From Eledone cirrhosa (Eukaryota): a DNA stretch of 64,000 bases. The position numbers and the translations under genes are program-made. Location of the stretch: NCBI GenBank assembly GCA_964016885.1, contig OZ024743.1, forward strand, positions 22,568,001 to 22,632,000, written 5' to 3'. Below are positions 1-23,941 of this stretch, in pieces. Under the pieces are notes generated by a model. That model was not told the DNA's origin. It saw nothing but the letters and a program-made list of their open reading frames with translations, and did no database searches. How positions within the stretch are numbered: position 1 is the first letter of the stretch; each line of letters begins with the position of its first letter.

Positions 1-506
1 CCACCATACTAAATATATGATCCTGTGATTTAGTAATTGTTATAGAATAAGTTAATCTAAATAAAATCTAAGTTCTTTGTAAAAGTTCAGTTTGACAGAT
101 GACAGTTAATCACACTGAAGCACATGCATTAAATAATTGACATTTTAAATATAAGGAATTTTATTTCAGTAAAAAGAAAGTATTCTTCAACATCCTTCCT
201 TATCACACCCACAAACACTACATATCAATGCCATTAGATTAAAAGATACTGCAGTTCTCAATGTATCACATATGTGAGTGCAGGTGATTATATGTCTGTA
301 AATAACATTCCCTTTTACTGTTAAAACCATTTTCCCCTCCGATAAACACTTCTCTCTCTAACTGCGTAGCATATTCTCAGTAAATTGCGTTCTCTTCCTT
401 TCAACTTTACAACGTACCTCAGAAAAACATGCACGTTCTCTCTCTTTCTTTGCCTCCGTCTCCAGCTCCATAACATACATATGTACATAAGCATATTAAT
501 ATTAAG

Positions 507-660
507 GGCGGTGGATTGGCAGTATCGGTAGAGGGTCGGACGCCATGCTTTGAGGCATAGAGTTGCCATTCTGAGTTCAAATCCCGCCGAGGTTAACTTT
601 GCCTTTCATCCTTACGGGTTCGATAAAATAAAGCACTTGTGCCAAAAAGTAGAAACAATT
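507..660 (+). mobile_element. tRNA-derived SINE, family A
   Basis: GGCGGTGGATTGGCAG head, B-box GAGTTCAAATCC, central GCCTTTCATCCTT.CGGG.TCGATAAAAT (MetaSINE-like domain by recollection), tail GTAGAAACAATT. A diverged copy follows at 683-893. Confidence 0.85.
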
Positions 661-1854
661 AATATTATAGGTTGCTATATAAGGTGGTGGATTGGCAAAA
701 TTGGTGAACTATCGGATAAAATTCTATTGCGATGTTTGTTATGGCGTTTTGTGTTCAAAACTATCAGAAGTCAACTTTGTCTTTCATCCTTCTGTAGTCA
801 ATAAATAAAGTAGCAGTCAAGTACTGGGATTGATTTAATCAACTATGCTCTTCTTCCAAATTTGCTGGCCTTGTGCTGCCTAATTTTAGAAATCGATAAA
901 ACCACACGTTATAGGTGCTAGACATGACAGCTAAATAGCTCTCAAATCACATTCTACTGTTTTTGTTTTTTTTAAAAAGACATTAGATAATGTAGTCCTA
1001 TTTAGCTTAAATATTGTAGTCCTATTTAGCACTAAAAAGGAGGATAGTCTCGCAATCCTGATTAGATTTAAGTAACAACATTAAAGCAGCATAAAGGAGC
1101 TTTCTATGTAGTCGTTTGACCCTCTAGAAATAGCAACCAAACTGTTACTCATATACTCATGCTCTACTATTTTTAAAATGGTATCTAATACAACACTGGT
1201 TAATGATACCCGGGATGGATATGGATGGATGCTTTTAACTGTAGGTTTCATAACGGTCTCAACAAAAACCTAATTTACATACACAAACAATAACAAGTAG
1301 GTTACGCTCCTCGCAGTCGTTTAACATGCTAGAAATAGCAGCGAAATTTTCCTTAAAGCATACCCTATCATTTAAAAAAAAATGAAGGCCACATTGGATA
1401 ATGTTCTTCCAGATAGATTGTCTCAAACTAAAAAGAGGGCATGATCAACGTTTTCTCAGTCAGGTTGACTTGTAGGTAAACAATAAAACTTGATTGGAAA
1501 ACATTTTTAAACTAAAGTAATTGCATTTTAGTAATTAAAAGTTACATTTTACTCTTTAAAAGAAAAAAGAAACACACGAAACAACTTATATTCACTTTAT
1601 ATACATTTCGTGTTGTCAAAACGTCGACGAACTTTTTGCACCTGGTCACCGACAATATTCCTATTGTTATGTCTGGTCAGTAACGCAGTATTTGATCCAA
1701 TATTTACCCCGTTGAAGTCAACTTTACTTTCCCTTTCCCTCCAAAATGTCTGGCCTGTGTAAGAAATGATTATGTCTTGTAAGGAACGAAGCAGCTCCAT
1801 TGTTGGAATGTGGTTAGAGCATCTATTGGTTTTAATTCGGCCCTGGTGATGTTA

Positions 1855-2120
1855 CTACAAAAAACATAACACTGGCAAAACTTCCCACCTCCAGAAAATA
1901 CGAATGTGTTCTATGAGCAGATCTAGTATTTTTCCTGGAATCTCTAGTAAATAGTTTGGCTCCATTTTCAGCACAACTAGTGTATTGAGGATGAAGAGGA
2001 AAAGAAAGAAAGAAAGGGTAGTAAAGCTAATCAGAGGCACGTGATTAGGGTGCCTAAACTGATAAACGTAAACAGCTACAGCGATAACACCTACACACGT
2101 TGATAGGGTCACGGCCACAA
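1855..2120 (-). CDS. Possible terminal exon of an unidentified membrane protein
   Basis: ttacttgcag| acceptor (phase 1), then an open frame to TAG with two hydrophobic stretches (VAVTLSTCVGVIAVAVYVY; VPLISFTTLSFFLFLFILNTLVVL). No partner exon or family recognised. Confidence 0.3.
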
Positions 2121-2159
2121 CTGCAAGTAACTAACAACAAAATAATCTTCGAGTCTAAT

Positions 2160-2365
2160 GTGGTCCTTCGACTTGCTAGAGATAGCAGCCAAATCTCTAT
2201 CAAACCACACCCTGCCGTCTTTAAAAAAGGGGACACATACCAGTTCAGGTTAAACAATTCCTGATTAAAAAAAAACAAAAAAACTAATAAGATCATAGTA
2301 TGAATGCCTTTTGATCATAAAAGTCTGTTCAATCAGCAGTGACTAGGGCTAAAACATTAACAAAA
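2160..2365 (+). repeat. Dispersed repeat family (GCTAGAAATAGCAGCCAAATCT...)
   Basis: Related diverged copies at ~915-1080, 1100-1280, 1310-1490, 5585-5750, 51300 and 51535-51690. Confidence 0.7.
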
Positions 2366-2780
2366 TAATCTTTATTCAACTTACGTCAGAGGGCGGATAG
2401 TATCTATAGTAGTAAATACACAGCTGTCATCCATGAGAACATACTATTGTAGTTGTTTAGCGACAGGTCGGCGGCACTGATCAAGACAACTTATATAATT
2501 AAAGGCGTTCCAGATGTGACAATCCCATAATATATACATATGTGTACACACACACACACATACATTGGAACTAATATATATATATACACACACACACACA
2601 AATGTGAAGAATCAAAACATATCATGATTCTATCTAGAGTACATATTTTTCTTTGAAATATGTACTCTGTATATTTACAATATATTGTGTCTTCTCACGG
2701 ATATATGTTCATTTCTCTCTATATATATATACATATTACATATATCTTTTACACTTGAATTTATATATATATATATATAT

Positions 2781-3711
2781 ATATTGTTATACTTTGGGAG
2801 GGTCATGTTGCCAATAAGAAACACACGCACCAGTTGCTTTCACTTCAATTTATTATATATTTATAAATTTATAAATTTACAAACTTATAAATTTCTGGTT
2901 GGTTGGTTGGTTCCACAACCAGATAGTTGTTTATATATAGTCATAGTCCTTTCGTCACACACTCTGTGACCTCTTCAGTGACTGGGGATTCCTTTCCTTT
3001 GTTTCTGTGCCTTTCCTTTCTTCTATCCTACGCCATTTTGTTTCTGTGTGTGTGTTGTGTGCTCAGTTTGCGCATGCGCCACATCCGGGTGTCTGATAGA
3101 ACACAGGGGTAGATTAGAGAACATAGAAATAAAAATAGAATCCACACACAGAAAAGACGCAATGTTTAGGCAAATTACAGAGGCAGTAAGCATAAAAGAA
3201 TTAAAACCAAAATTAAATAGAAAATATGAGTGGAACAGCAACATCACAACTTACAATTAAGGACAAAATGAAAACACACACAGGACAAAATGAAAACACA
3301 CATAGAACAACCAACCAACCAACCAACCAACCACCACCACCAACAAATAAATTAAATAAATAAACAAATAGATAAATGAACACAAACACACACAGACACC
3401 CGGATGTGGCGCATGCGCAAACTGAGCACACAACACACACACAGAAACAAAATGGCGTAGGATAGAAGAAAGGAAAGGCACAGAAACAAAGGAAAGGAAT
3501 CCCCAGTCACTGAAGAGGTCACAGAGTGTGTGACGAAAGGACTATGACTATATATAAACAACTATCTGGTTGTGGAACCAACCAACCAACCAACCAGAAA
3601 TTTATAAGTTTGTAAATTTATAAATTTATAAATATATAATAAATTGAAGTGAAAGCAACTGGTGCGTGTGTTTCTTATTGGCAACATGACCCTCCCAAAG
3701 TATAACAATAT
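2781..3711. repeat. Fold-back element, ~315-bp near-perfect inverted arms (2781-3095 / 3393-3711)
   Basis: Direct reverse-complement comparison; preceded by (TA)n; right arm extends to (TA)n at ~3768. Confidence 0.92.
3505..3549 (+). ncRNA. Hammerhead-like motif (mirror copy at 2939-2983, minus)
   Basis: agtca-CTGAAGA-g-gtcaca(gagtg)tgtgac-GAAA-ggac-TA-tgact; stem III is imperfect. Confidence 0.5.
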
Positions 3712-3832
3712 CGGTTTCAACACACGATTTCAGATAAAGAATCTTGCTAAACAAATTCAGAAACGAAATATATATATATATATATAAATTAGTTTTGCGA
3801 GGTTTTTTATATGAAATCGTGTGTCGAAACAA

Positions 3833-4250
3833 ATATTGTTATACTTGGGGAGGGTCATATTTGTGTAATATTGCCAGAATTAATAACAGAACACACTCAC
3901 TGTTTGTTTGGTTGGTTTTCGCTTCTCGCTTCTGTGTCTTTTATATCGGTCCTCAATGTTGCCATTGACTGACCGACGGTCAAAAATAATACAGATACAA
4001 TATAGACACAAACACATATATATAGTTTATCATAAATCTTTCGTTGCACATCTGCAACATCGTCAGTGGTGCTATATTTTCCTCCTGTTGTATTGTATGT
4101 CTACGCCATTTTTATTCAGTCTGTCTCGTTAGATTACCGATATAAAAGACACAGAAGCGAGAAGCGAACACCAATTAAACAGTGAGTGTGTTCTGTTATT
4201 AATTCTGGCAATATTACACAAATATGACCCTTCCCAAGTATAACAATATA
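3833..4250. repeat. Second fold-back element with related termini (arms 3833-3950 / 4136-4250)
   Basis: Shares ATATTGTTATACTT.GGGAGGGTCAT with the previous element; another relative lies at ~41385-41498. Confidence 0.85.
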
Positions 4251-4623
4251 TATATATGTATATACACTCACAAACACACACACACAAAAAGTAGTCTCAC
4301 GTAGTAAATATAGCAATTTGTAAACAAAAACTCGCTTCGGGGACTTTGAAATCTAAAAACAGTTTGTTCGGGCTGATTTAGTAGTCTGTTATTCAAGCCT
4401 TTCCCCAAAGTGTTGCTGGTCACTCGGGCAATCTTATGTATGAGGGGTCGACAACACAGCAAGGGGGAAACTCCAAAGTAACAGGCGACTGAATTAGATC
4501 AAATAAGTACTACACTCTACTATGTTATTGAGTATTTGTTCAGTTCGTTGTGGTGTGTGCGCGCGCGCACGTGTAGACAGAAATTGATTGGAAGCCCGTT
4601 ATTTAAAAGGTAATCCTTGTCAC

Positions 4624-4909
4624 CAACGACCTTGCTTCAGGGAGGGGGGGGGGGACCAGGGTCAAGTCCCCTCCCTCACTTTTCCAAACGTCTCTATTTT
4701 ATTTTTGGTTTATTTGATATAATAAATTGTTTTTAACCTTATTTTTTTTTATATCTGAACTTCATTTGAATATATAAAATTTAATTAGCGTAAAATGTTA
4801 CTTATGTGATAGGTTACGGGTAAGGCAGCATAAGCAATTTATGCTCCTTTAAGAATCAACAAATGTTGGTTTGTCCCCCCTCACATTTTAAAGGCAAACG
4901 AGGTCCCTG
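4624..4909. mobile_element. hAT-type MITE with 8-bp TSD CTTGTCAC
   Basis: CTTGTCAC at 4616-4623 and 4910-4917; imperfect TIRs caacgacctt / gaggtccctg. Confidence 0.65.
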
Positions 4910-5393
4910 CTTGTCACACAGAGTTACTCTGAATCTCCGAGAATTACGTTAGAGTACACGTGTCTATTTCGTTGTTTTTACAGCAGGAACACATCATCGA
5001 AACCGAAGGAAGTCCATCAATGTTTGTTATTTGACTATACAGTCAAATGTGCCTTTTGTCTATTTTTTTAAAGCTGGTGAGGTATAATGTGAAAGAGATT
5101 TTTAGCTACTATTTCAAGCACGTCAAACGACCGTCTTGAAGTTCCGTCTTTAATTAGTTTGAAAGACTATTTTGTGTAAAGAAATACTGATGAGTGCAAC
5201 AGCCATATTACTAGCATGATGTCTGCAACATCTACATTTGCATCTAACATGCATCATGCATTGATAAAGATATGTACATTCGCTAGGTTAACACGATTCA
5301 CGAAAGTGAATCTATGTTCTGTAGTCGACAAGCTCGAAACAGGAGCAAAATCTCTCATATCCCCTCCTGCGAACTGTCTTAAACAAAGAACAC

Positions 5394-5504
5394 AATTGTT
5401 TCTACTTTTGGTACAAGGCCAGCAAATACTCAGTATATTACTGGTACTTTATTTTATCGACCCCGTAAGGATGAAAGGCAAAGTTAACCTCGACGGGATT
5501 TGAA
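5394..5504 (-). mobile_element. SINE family A, 5'-truncated
   Basis: Matches the 3' half of 38725-38910. Confidence 0.8.
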
Positions 5505-5825
5505 AGAACACATAATGTAGCCCTACGTGTATGACTGTATAAGAAAAATCACCTATAGTAGTGAAGTGAACCAACAAGAGAGCTACGAAATAACTCGACC
5601 CGCTAGAAATAGCAGCTAAATATTTTTAAAACTAGTCAAGCGTATTAAATCATGAGATCACATGTTCGATAATACGTCCCTGAGAAGACTAAATGGTCAC
5701 GATTGGAAAGCGTTTGGTCATAGGGCTGTTTAATAAAAACTTACCCGAAACTGCAGTAACAGGGTTTACGAGGCTATTACTACAGTAACAGGGTTTACAT
5801 AAAGTATATATATATATATATATAT

Positions 5826-6079
5826 ACTATCCAGTGAATTTCCAACCGATAAGGTATGATTTTCATGGGTATGTCTCTATTTATAAAACAAACTGGATTT
5901 TATCTGATGAAAGCGTACCAATGTTGTCTTGGTTACGCTTGAAATATATATAATAAAATAAATATGGTTTCCATTTATTTAATATCATTGAATATTTACT
6001 CCAGTAATCTTTTAAGTGCACTAAATCAGTTAAAAACATTTATGTTTGTCGGATTTCCAACAAATTAAATACCACTTCT

Positions 6080-6084
<5 letters not shown>
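5826..6084 (+). mobile_element. Short hammerhead-bearing element (Penelope-like pLTR-type) within (TA)n
   Basis: Flanked by (TA)n on both sides; nearly identical to 23683-23941. Confidence 0.65.
5897..5959 (+). ncRNA. Minimal type-I hammerhead ribozyme motif
   Basis: attttat-CTGATGA-aagcgta(..)tacgctt-GAAA-tatata-TA-ataaaat: 7-bp stem I, 7-bp stem II, palindromic stem III. Confidence 0.75.
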
Positions 6085-6178
<94 letters not shown>

Positions 6179-6322
6179 TTTATGAAATGGGTGGTGGCTG
6201 AAATTCAGATGTGCACGGTTAAATGGTAGTGGACGTGGTCGGACTGTCATGAAAATTTACACACCTATGCAAAAAGTGCCAAGGAAGCAAATAGACGAGG
6301 TTTCAAATCTCTAACTTGGAAA

Positions 6323-16850
<10,528 letters not shown>

Positions 16851-16857
16851 TGGTGCT

Positions 16858-17057
16858 NNNNNNNNNNNNNNNNNNNNNNNNNNNNNNNNNNNNNNNNNNN
16901 NNNNNNNNNNNNNNNNNNNNNNNNNNNNNNNNNNNNNNNNNNNNNNNNNNNNNNNNNNNNNNNNNNNNNNNNNNNNNNNNNNNNNNNNNNNNNNNNNNNN
17001 NNNNNNNNNNNNNNNNNNNNNNNNNNNNNNNNNNNNNNNNNNNNNNNNNNNNNNNNN
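16858..17057. other. Assembly gap (200 N)
   Basis: Run of N; contiguity and orientation across it are not guaranteed. Confidence 1.
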
Positions 17058-18529
17058 GTCACAATTAAAGCACCTAGTCCACTGATTGTGCCTAAACAAA
17101 AGCACCCAGTCCACCCTGTAAGCTGGTAGCATCAGTGTTGCAACAAAACTATATAGGAATAGACTGAACAACGGAGAGAGTAACATATATTTAGACTGTC
17201 AACAACAGCTTTATCTGATTACCTCTCACTCCGACATGCAGTGATGAGAGTCCCCCGATATGTGGGTATATGCTATAACTGGAAAGATAGATTTGATAAT
17301 CCACGTTACGTCGTTCAGCCAAATTCCTGCATGTCAGAACTGTTTAATCAAGGCTGACCTGACACTACACAACAGCAACAAAACGCTGACTAGGTTCAAG
17401 AAAAGTTTGTAAGTGCCAATAAGTTTGCTTGCTGTGAATGACGTTTTTGAGAGAAGAACCGTTGTCCAAAACGTCAGACATTTACAATCATCATGGCAGC
17501 TAAACATATTAACACTTTCTGAATGTAGATGAAGGCGGTGAATTGGCAGAGTTGCTAAAACGTCGGTCAAGTGCTTCGCAGTATTTGTTTTTGTTCTTTA
17601 TGTTCTGAATTTATCTTTCTGCAGTCGATAAAATAAAGTGTTAGTCAAGTTTGAGAACCTCTGATCTACAGCGTGTAAGCTGCGAAAATATACGGAATTT
17701 ATGAACCTAAAAGAAGACATTAAGTGGGGACACAAATGAATAGCATTCTAATTTGAGAGATTATGGATATTGGAAATTACGTCTTCAAAAGTAACCAGAA
17801 ATTGGTCTCGTGAGAGCCATTCCTAGTTTGGTGTTATCTGGGACAGAGAGATTAGCTATTATTTTATGCATTTCTATGAGGATATTAGTTCGATTGCTTT
17901 GTTTATGCCTCTGGGGATTAGGAAATGATGTAATGAAGTTACTTTGTTGTTGTTGTTGTTGTTTTGGTAAAATCTGTTTAATCGTTGCTTTCAGAAGTTA
18001 GTGATTTAAAAATAGTAAAACTATTATATAAACATAATAGTAATTAATTTTCTGGCAAATAATATAACGATTTTAATGAATTGATCACCAGCTAGATTGC
18101 TTTCTCTATTGTAAGCTCAATCGTTTTCAACGTCAGTAGCCAGGCATATTGTATTGAATATATTTACAACATGGCTAACTACACATGTGTTACCCTCATA
18201 AAAAAAAATCCTCGTTTTCTTTCTTTTTTACTCTCGTCTTTTATTTGTTCTTCTTTTCTCTCTTATTCTATCTTCTGGAGGAGGAGGACGCCCGAAACGC
18301 TAAGCCTCTTTTCATACAATATCAAGTGTTAAACTAATATATCTATTATTGTATTGTATTCTTCTGTGTTGTTTTTCCTTGTTGTATGTATGGTCCCGTA
18401 ACTCATACTTCATAACTTCTTGGGCACGTTCAAGCCTAGCGGAACCCATCTCTCTCCAGGCCTGATTTCTTCCAAAGAAAAATAAAAAGTGGGAGAGAAA
18501 AAATGAGAAAGAGATATAGAGGAAGAATC

Positions 18530-18650
18530 CAAGCCAGTACTAGACTGGTATTTTTTTTTATCGATCTCGGTGGGATTTGAACTCAGAGAGCAGGAACGAA
18601 TACCATAAAGCATTCTATCAGACGTTCTAACGACTCTGCCAATTCGCCGC
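18530..18650 (-). mobile_element. SINE family A-related, internally deleted
   Basis: GGATTTGAACTCAGA ... CTGCCAATTCGCCGCC; a related degraded plus copy lies at 17533-17655. Confidence 0.7.
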
Positions 18651-19224
18651 CATTTCCTTTGTTGACTTTTATAAGAAACTAAATATAGGGGTATGATTAT
18701 AATGAGCAAGGATCTGGAGATTATCAACAAAAGAAAGTTTATTAATGAAGGGAACTGATTCCTTCTGATTGGAATTTAGGCTAAATATTAGTCCAAAGAG
18801 TACTTCATGATGTGATATGTACTCATTTCCACTAACGTACATTCTCAGCATGAATTTCCATCGTTTCTTTTAACCCCCCTTCAAAGAGTAAATTTCATCA
18901 TTCCATTTTCTTCGCACTAGTTAATCTCTATTGTTACCAACGTCGGTGATATGAAATGACGAGTTTGAGATCTAATATCAACAGTTAACTTTTCACATTA
19001 GTAAACAGTTATGAAATTTAAACAATTTAAAACTTTCAAATGTAAGACATATAGAAACACACGTTAACTGAAATATATTTGTATTTTGAATCAATTTTAA
19101 TTTCCGTCTCTAAAGCCCAACTTCGACTATTTTACATAGTCCTCAAACCGGCGTTGAAGCAGTTTAATTTAAGCTGATATACATTCAAAACAATATTTTT
19201 CTTTATTCTTTTGTCAACAAATTA

Positions 19225-19420
19225 GGGTGGTGGATTGGCAGTATCGTTCGAGCGTCGAAAAGCATGATTTGTGGCACAGAATTACGGCCCTTTACGTTCT
19301 GAGATTAAATCCCACCGAGGTTAGCGTTGCCTTTGATCATTACGGGGGTCTAAAAAATTTAGTACCAGTAACGTACTGGGGTCGATTTAATCGACTTTCC
19401 CCCTCACTTGAAATTGTTGT
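19225..19420 (+). mobile_element. SINE family A, diverged
   Basis: GGTGGTGGATTGGCAGTATCG head with a recognisable central domain. Confidence 0.75.
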
Positions 19421-21643
19421 TAGATTTTCTTGCCCCACATTCATTACGATTACAGATGTCCAAATTGCAGCTGATTCTTTTGGTGTTGTTTTTAAATATC
19501 GACCAATTTTAAAAATGGGTATTGTTTTTCTTTCCAGCCATTAATGTTATTAGATGTTCTAGGATCTACTATCTCGGAATCTACAAAGTCCTTTAAAATC
19601 CAACTTATCAGCAAAGATGTTAAAATGTGTCAAGTCTGGTACTCTACTGTTTACATCAATCATTCATTCACCTCAGTATATTAAAAAAACAAACATAAAT
19701 GAATGGGCTGTACCTATTCTTCGCAGAGCTGTCCTTGTTAAAACTCTACTATGCTGAATCTCTCAGGAAACTACATTAAGGATACAGGTGTGCCACTCAG
19801 CCATTTATACATTAATTTAACAATTAGATCGTTCCGTTTATCGATCAACCGGGACACGCATAGTGGAAACTGATGGAGGTCCATTTACTTTTTAAAGATC
19901 TTCATTTTCAGCATGATATTCACAGCAAGAACAATTATATTACATTAAATACTAGGGGGAATTAGGAGAAACATTAGAGCAGCTTTGTTTTCATCCTTTC
20001 ATAGTCAATAAAATAAAGTACCAGTCACGTCAATGCAATCGAATTTTCTTCCCCTCCCAATTCTTGTCTTTGTGCATAAATTAGAAATAATTAAGCACTA
20101 AGCTAACTTCGATTAGAGAAGTGGTAATAACATCTAGTTTTCTAACAGTATCTTATTGGTATTCATCAAATGACGAAAAGCAAAATTGACTTTAATGAGA
20201 TTGGAGAAGTGTTATATACTCTTTCGCTAAGTAATTTGAAGTTTAGACATTTAGACCCCGGTCTATTCTCTAATGCGTCGAAATGTTTCTGCAAATCTTA
20301 GACATTTTCCACAGTGTAAATTTCGTTTGTGAGAACATAACTTGCAATAAGACCAATATGTGTGTGCTGGAATATATTTCCCCCAAGATCAACAGCTGTT
20401 TGAAATACCAGAAAATCTATCTAAAGACCACGCTGTTTTTACTGCCTAGTCAGGTAAAGAAGGGCAGTGTTCATAATCATTTTCAGAGACTATTGCAGGG
20501 GAGGGAAGAAGGTCTCCTGAAACTGGAGACCTTGCCCAAATGCTTGCAAGAGTGTAGGCTCTGCTAAAGGTATCTAAGGGCCAGGTGTTAAAAGAAAAAC
20601 ATCAACTTTTTAAGAGTGGATGTTATTGCTACCCACACCTTACGTTGGCAATGTCACTGTTGGAGAGGGATTAAAGATATATGGGAGAACCACACTCAAT
20701 ACTACCAGGTAAATGAAGAAAGAAATATAGATGCAGTTGCACCCACCCTATCTAATGAAATATCTATATATATATATACTCTTTGTGACCAAACCTGTAG
20801 ACATAGGATTTAAGGAATACAGTTATTAAAGGACCTACGAATGAACGAAAAGTAGTTGGTCACCAACAGATTCAATGGACAACTATAAGCAAGCATTTTT
20901 GTTGATTAAGCGCAATGGTCCAGTTGAATGAAAATGAAATAAGAATGCGTGGCATGCAAGCCCTTCGGAAAGGTATTTGCGCTTGAAAGTAAAGTAAAAT
21001 AGCCATAACAGACCAGGCATAAATTGCAGGCTTGTGGACTTGGGCAATATATATATATTCGAAACGTTTAAACCAACTATAATGCTTTCTCCTAGTCACG
21101 TAACCTCCTTAAGTGTTGAGGTTGTTCTAGTCATATGCTTGGTGGCCACCGATCTATCCAGTTGGTTTGTTTACTAACATATCAACAAAAAATTATACAT
21201 TTTCTATGTATTTTATCTGAGGAGGAGATGTTTTGCTTTATGTTATACATAACACTTTATATCTCCAAAATATATATAATTAAATAAATTGAGATGATAT
21301 AAAGTATATATCTTTCGTTTATTACAATTATATATATGCAGTGGCGGATTGGCCAGGTTGCCCAATGGCAAGTGGGCCCCAGGGGTCCCACGGTAGCATT
21401 GCAAGAGCCCACAGTAGCATTGCAGGGCCCACTGTAGTGTTTTAGGGGCCAAGTCTAAGAGAAAGAATAATATTAAAAAAAAAATAAATAAATAAAACAA
21501 TTAAGAAAAGCATTTGGTCAACCAATTCCCCAGGGAATTAGTAGAAACCAAAATATACGATAGTGCAAATAGCTGGAATCAGTGGTTGTACATTCTACTA
21601 AAGCTTAGTGTATTCATTCATGCATGCAAACATACATATGTAG

Positions 21644-21706
<63 letters not shown>

Positions 21707-21841
21707 AAAGTACAGCATATTCGAAGTTCGATCAGCAGCTAAGCCAATATGTGTGTGTGTGTATATATATATACATATGTCCCAAGTCTCTGATACCATC
21801 AACACCATTAACACCGAGCTGGCATATCTAAGAACTGACTA

Positions 21842-21897
21842 ACTGCCTGATGAGGTCATAGCCATTCAATGGCTATCATCGAAATATATATAGCAGT
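21842..21897 (+). ncRNA. Minimal type-I hammerhead ribozyme motif
   Basis: actgc-CTGATGA-ggtcatagccat(tca)atggctatcatc-GAAA-tatata-TA-gcagt. Confidence 0.78.
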
Positions 21898-22066
21898 AAA
21901 TAAAGGATTATGAGTTCATGCAATTGACTTAGGTTTCGTCATTATATATATATATATATACATATACACACGTACATTCACATATCTGTATATATAAGTA
22001 GGCCGAATTTACTTGCAAACCGCCAGAGATTCAATTTTACTGATTTCCAATTATATATATATATAT

Positions 22067-22960
22067 CATCATCATCATCATCATCACCGTTTTACGTCCG
22101 TTCTTCCACGCTAGCATGGGTTAGACGGGTTGTCCTGTTGTGTGCAGTGTCTGGCCGGCTGACCATGCCTTGCTCATACAGGAACTGGTCTGGCTTGATT
22201 TCTACAGCTGGATGCCCTTCCTAACACCAACCTCATTTACAGTGAGTGCTGGGTGCTTTTTCGTGGCGCCTACACGTCCACTTTACAGTGTGGGCTGGGT
22301 GCTTTTTTGCCGTGGCACCTCCACGACCACCTTGCGGTGGGGGCATATTGTTTATATGCTTCAGCATGTACCCATGGGAGGTCGGGTACCCTGTATTACT
22401 GCGTGACGCCAGAAGTCACGGTCGTGTGTCATTGACTTTGAGAGGTGTAGTTGGGTAAGGTCGGCTTTTATCACCTCATCCCAAGTCATCTTGGGTCTCC
22501 CCACTCCGCAGTTTCCATCAACTTCTAGTGCTCTGCACCTTTTTATGCAGCTGTCATCCTTCATACGCATCACATGTCCATACCAGCGTAACCGCCTCTC
22601 CTGCACGCAGCATTTGATTCCTCTTATGCTCAGTCTCTCTCTCAATTCCTTTATGCTTTGTCGTTCACGTATATTACTGTTACACATCCATCGGAGCATG
22701 CAGGCTTCGTTTCTCTCTAATCTACGTAAGTCTTCCACCTTCAGCGCCCAGGTCTCACTACCATGCAACATCGCTGTTCGGATACACGCATCATACAGTC
22801 TGCCTTTCATTCTGAGGGAGAAGCCTTTTGCAGCTAGCAGTGGTAGTAGTTCCCTAAACTTCTTCCATCCCGTTCTTACCCTAGTTATTGTACTTTCTGA
22901 GCACCCACCTCCGTTGCTAATTCGGTCACCTAGGTAGCAGAAGCTGTCTACTGTTTCTAC
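22067..22960 (-). mobile_element. RTE-clade LINE, 5'-truncated (RT C-terminus, 3'UTR, (GAT)n tail)
   Basis: DSFCYLG...GWKKFREL...LHGSETW...RRLRWYGHVMRM...GRPKMTW motifs; (CAT)n at 22067-22086 on plus is the tail. Confidence 0.9.
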
Positions 22961-23941
22961 AATGGTATTAAATAAATAGAAACTATATTTATAAAACCAT
23001 ATTTATTTTATTATATATATTTCAAGGGTAACCAAGACAACATTGGTACGCTTTCATCAGATAAAATACAAAGTTTGTTTTATAAATAGAGACATACCCA
23101 TGAAAATCATACCTTATCGGTTGGAAATTCACGAATAAATAAACAAAACTGGAGTTTGTTTCGTATCTTCCCATTTTAAAATATATAAATATAAATATTC
23201 TTATTAACTCAGTTAACTTAATTTAATTTAACTTAATATTTACTTACATTAAATATCCCTCATAACTCACTAAAACAATTATCTATAACACGATATACCC
23301 ATCTATTCATTTATTTATCTATTTACTTATTTATTTATTTATCTATTTATTTATTTTCTATCTATTTATTTTTCTATCTACTTATAACAGAAAATATTAT
23401 ATTAGAAAAGAATTTTATACAACTAATTAATCGTAAATACACGTACTATTAGATATATACTTAGAATATATTTCCCCCAAATTAACGTTATATTGAGTTT
23501 TATTCATCCTCTTGTTAATTTCTTCTCTCTATCTCTCTCATAATATTTTTTATCTTTATCCACTTATATTTTTTCTCTCTCTCTTTCTCCAGTGTCATTT
23601 AAATAAACAGTTGTTTTTTCAATTATTTACATATTCATTTGCATATTCACACATAAGTTTGAATAATCCCTAATATATTTCCACTATCCAATGAATTTCC
23701 AACCGATAGGTATGATTTTCATGGGTATGTCTCTATTTATAAAACAAACTTTGTATTTTATCTGATGAAAGCGTACCAATGTTGTCTTGGTTACCCTTCT
23801 AATATATATAATAAAATAAATATAGTTTCCATTTATTTAATATCATTGAATATTTACTCCAGTAACTTGTTGAGTGCTCTAAATCAGTTATAAATATTTT
23901 TGTTTGTCGGACTTCCAACAAATTAAATACCACTTCTACTT
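22961..23941. mobile_element. Inverted pair of the same hammerhead element (22961-23131 minus; 23683-23941 plus) with AT-rich spacer
   Basis: Arms are reverse complements over ~160 bp; the right arm has a ~90-bp extension ending in (TA)n; the right copy has GAAA changed to CTAA. Confidence 0.7.
23004..23068 (-). ncRNA. Minimal type-I hammerhead motif (same family as 5897)
   Basis: tattttat-CTGATGA-aagcgta..taccctt-GAAA-tatata-TA-ataaaata on the minus strand. Confidence 0.7.
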
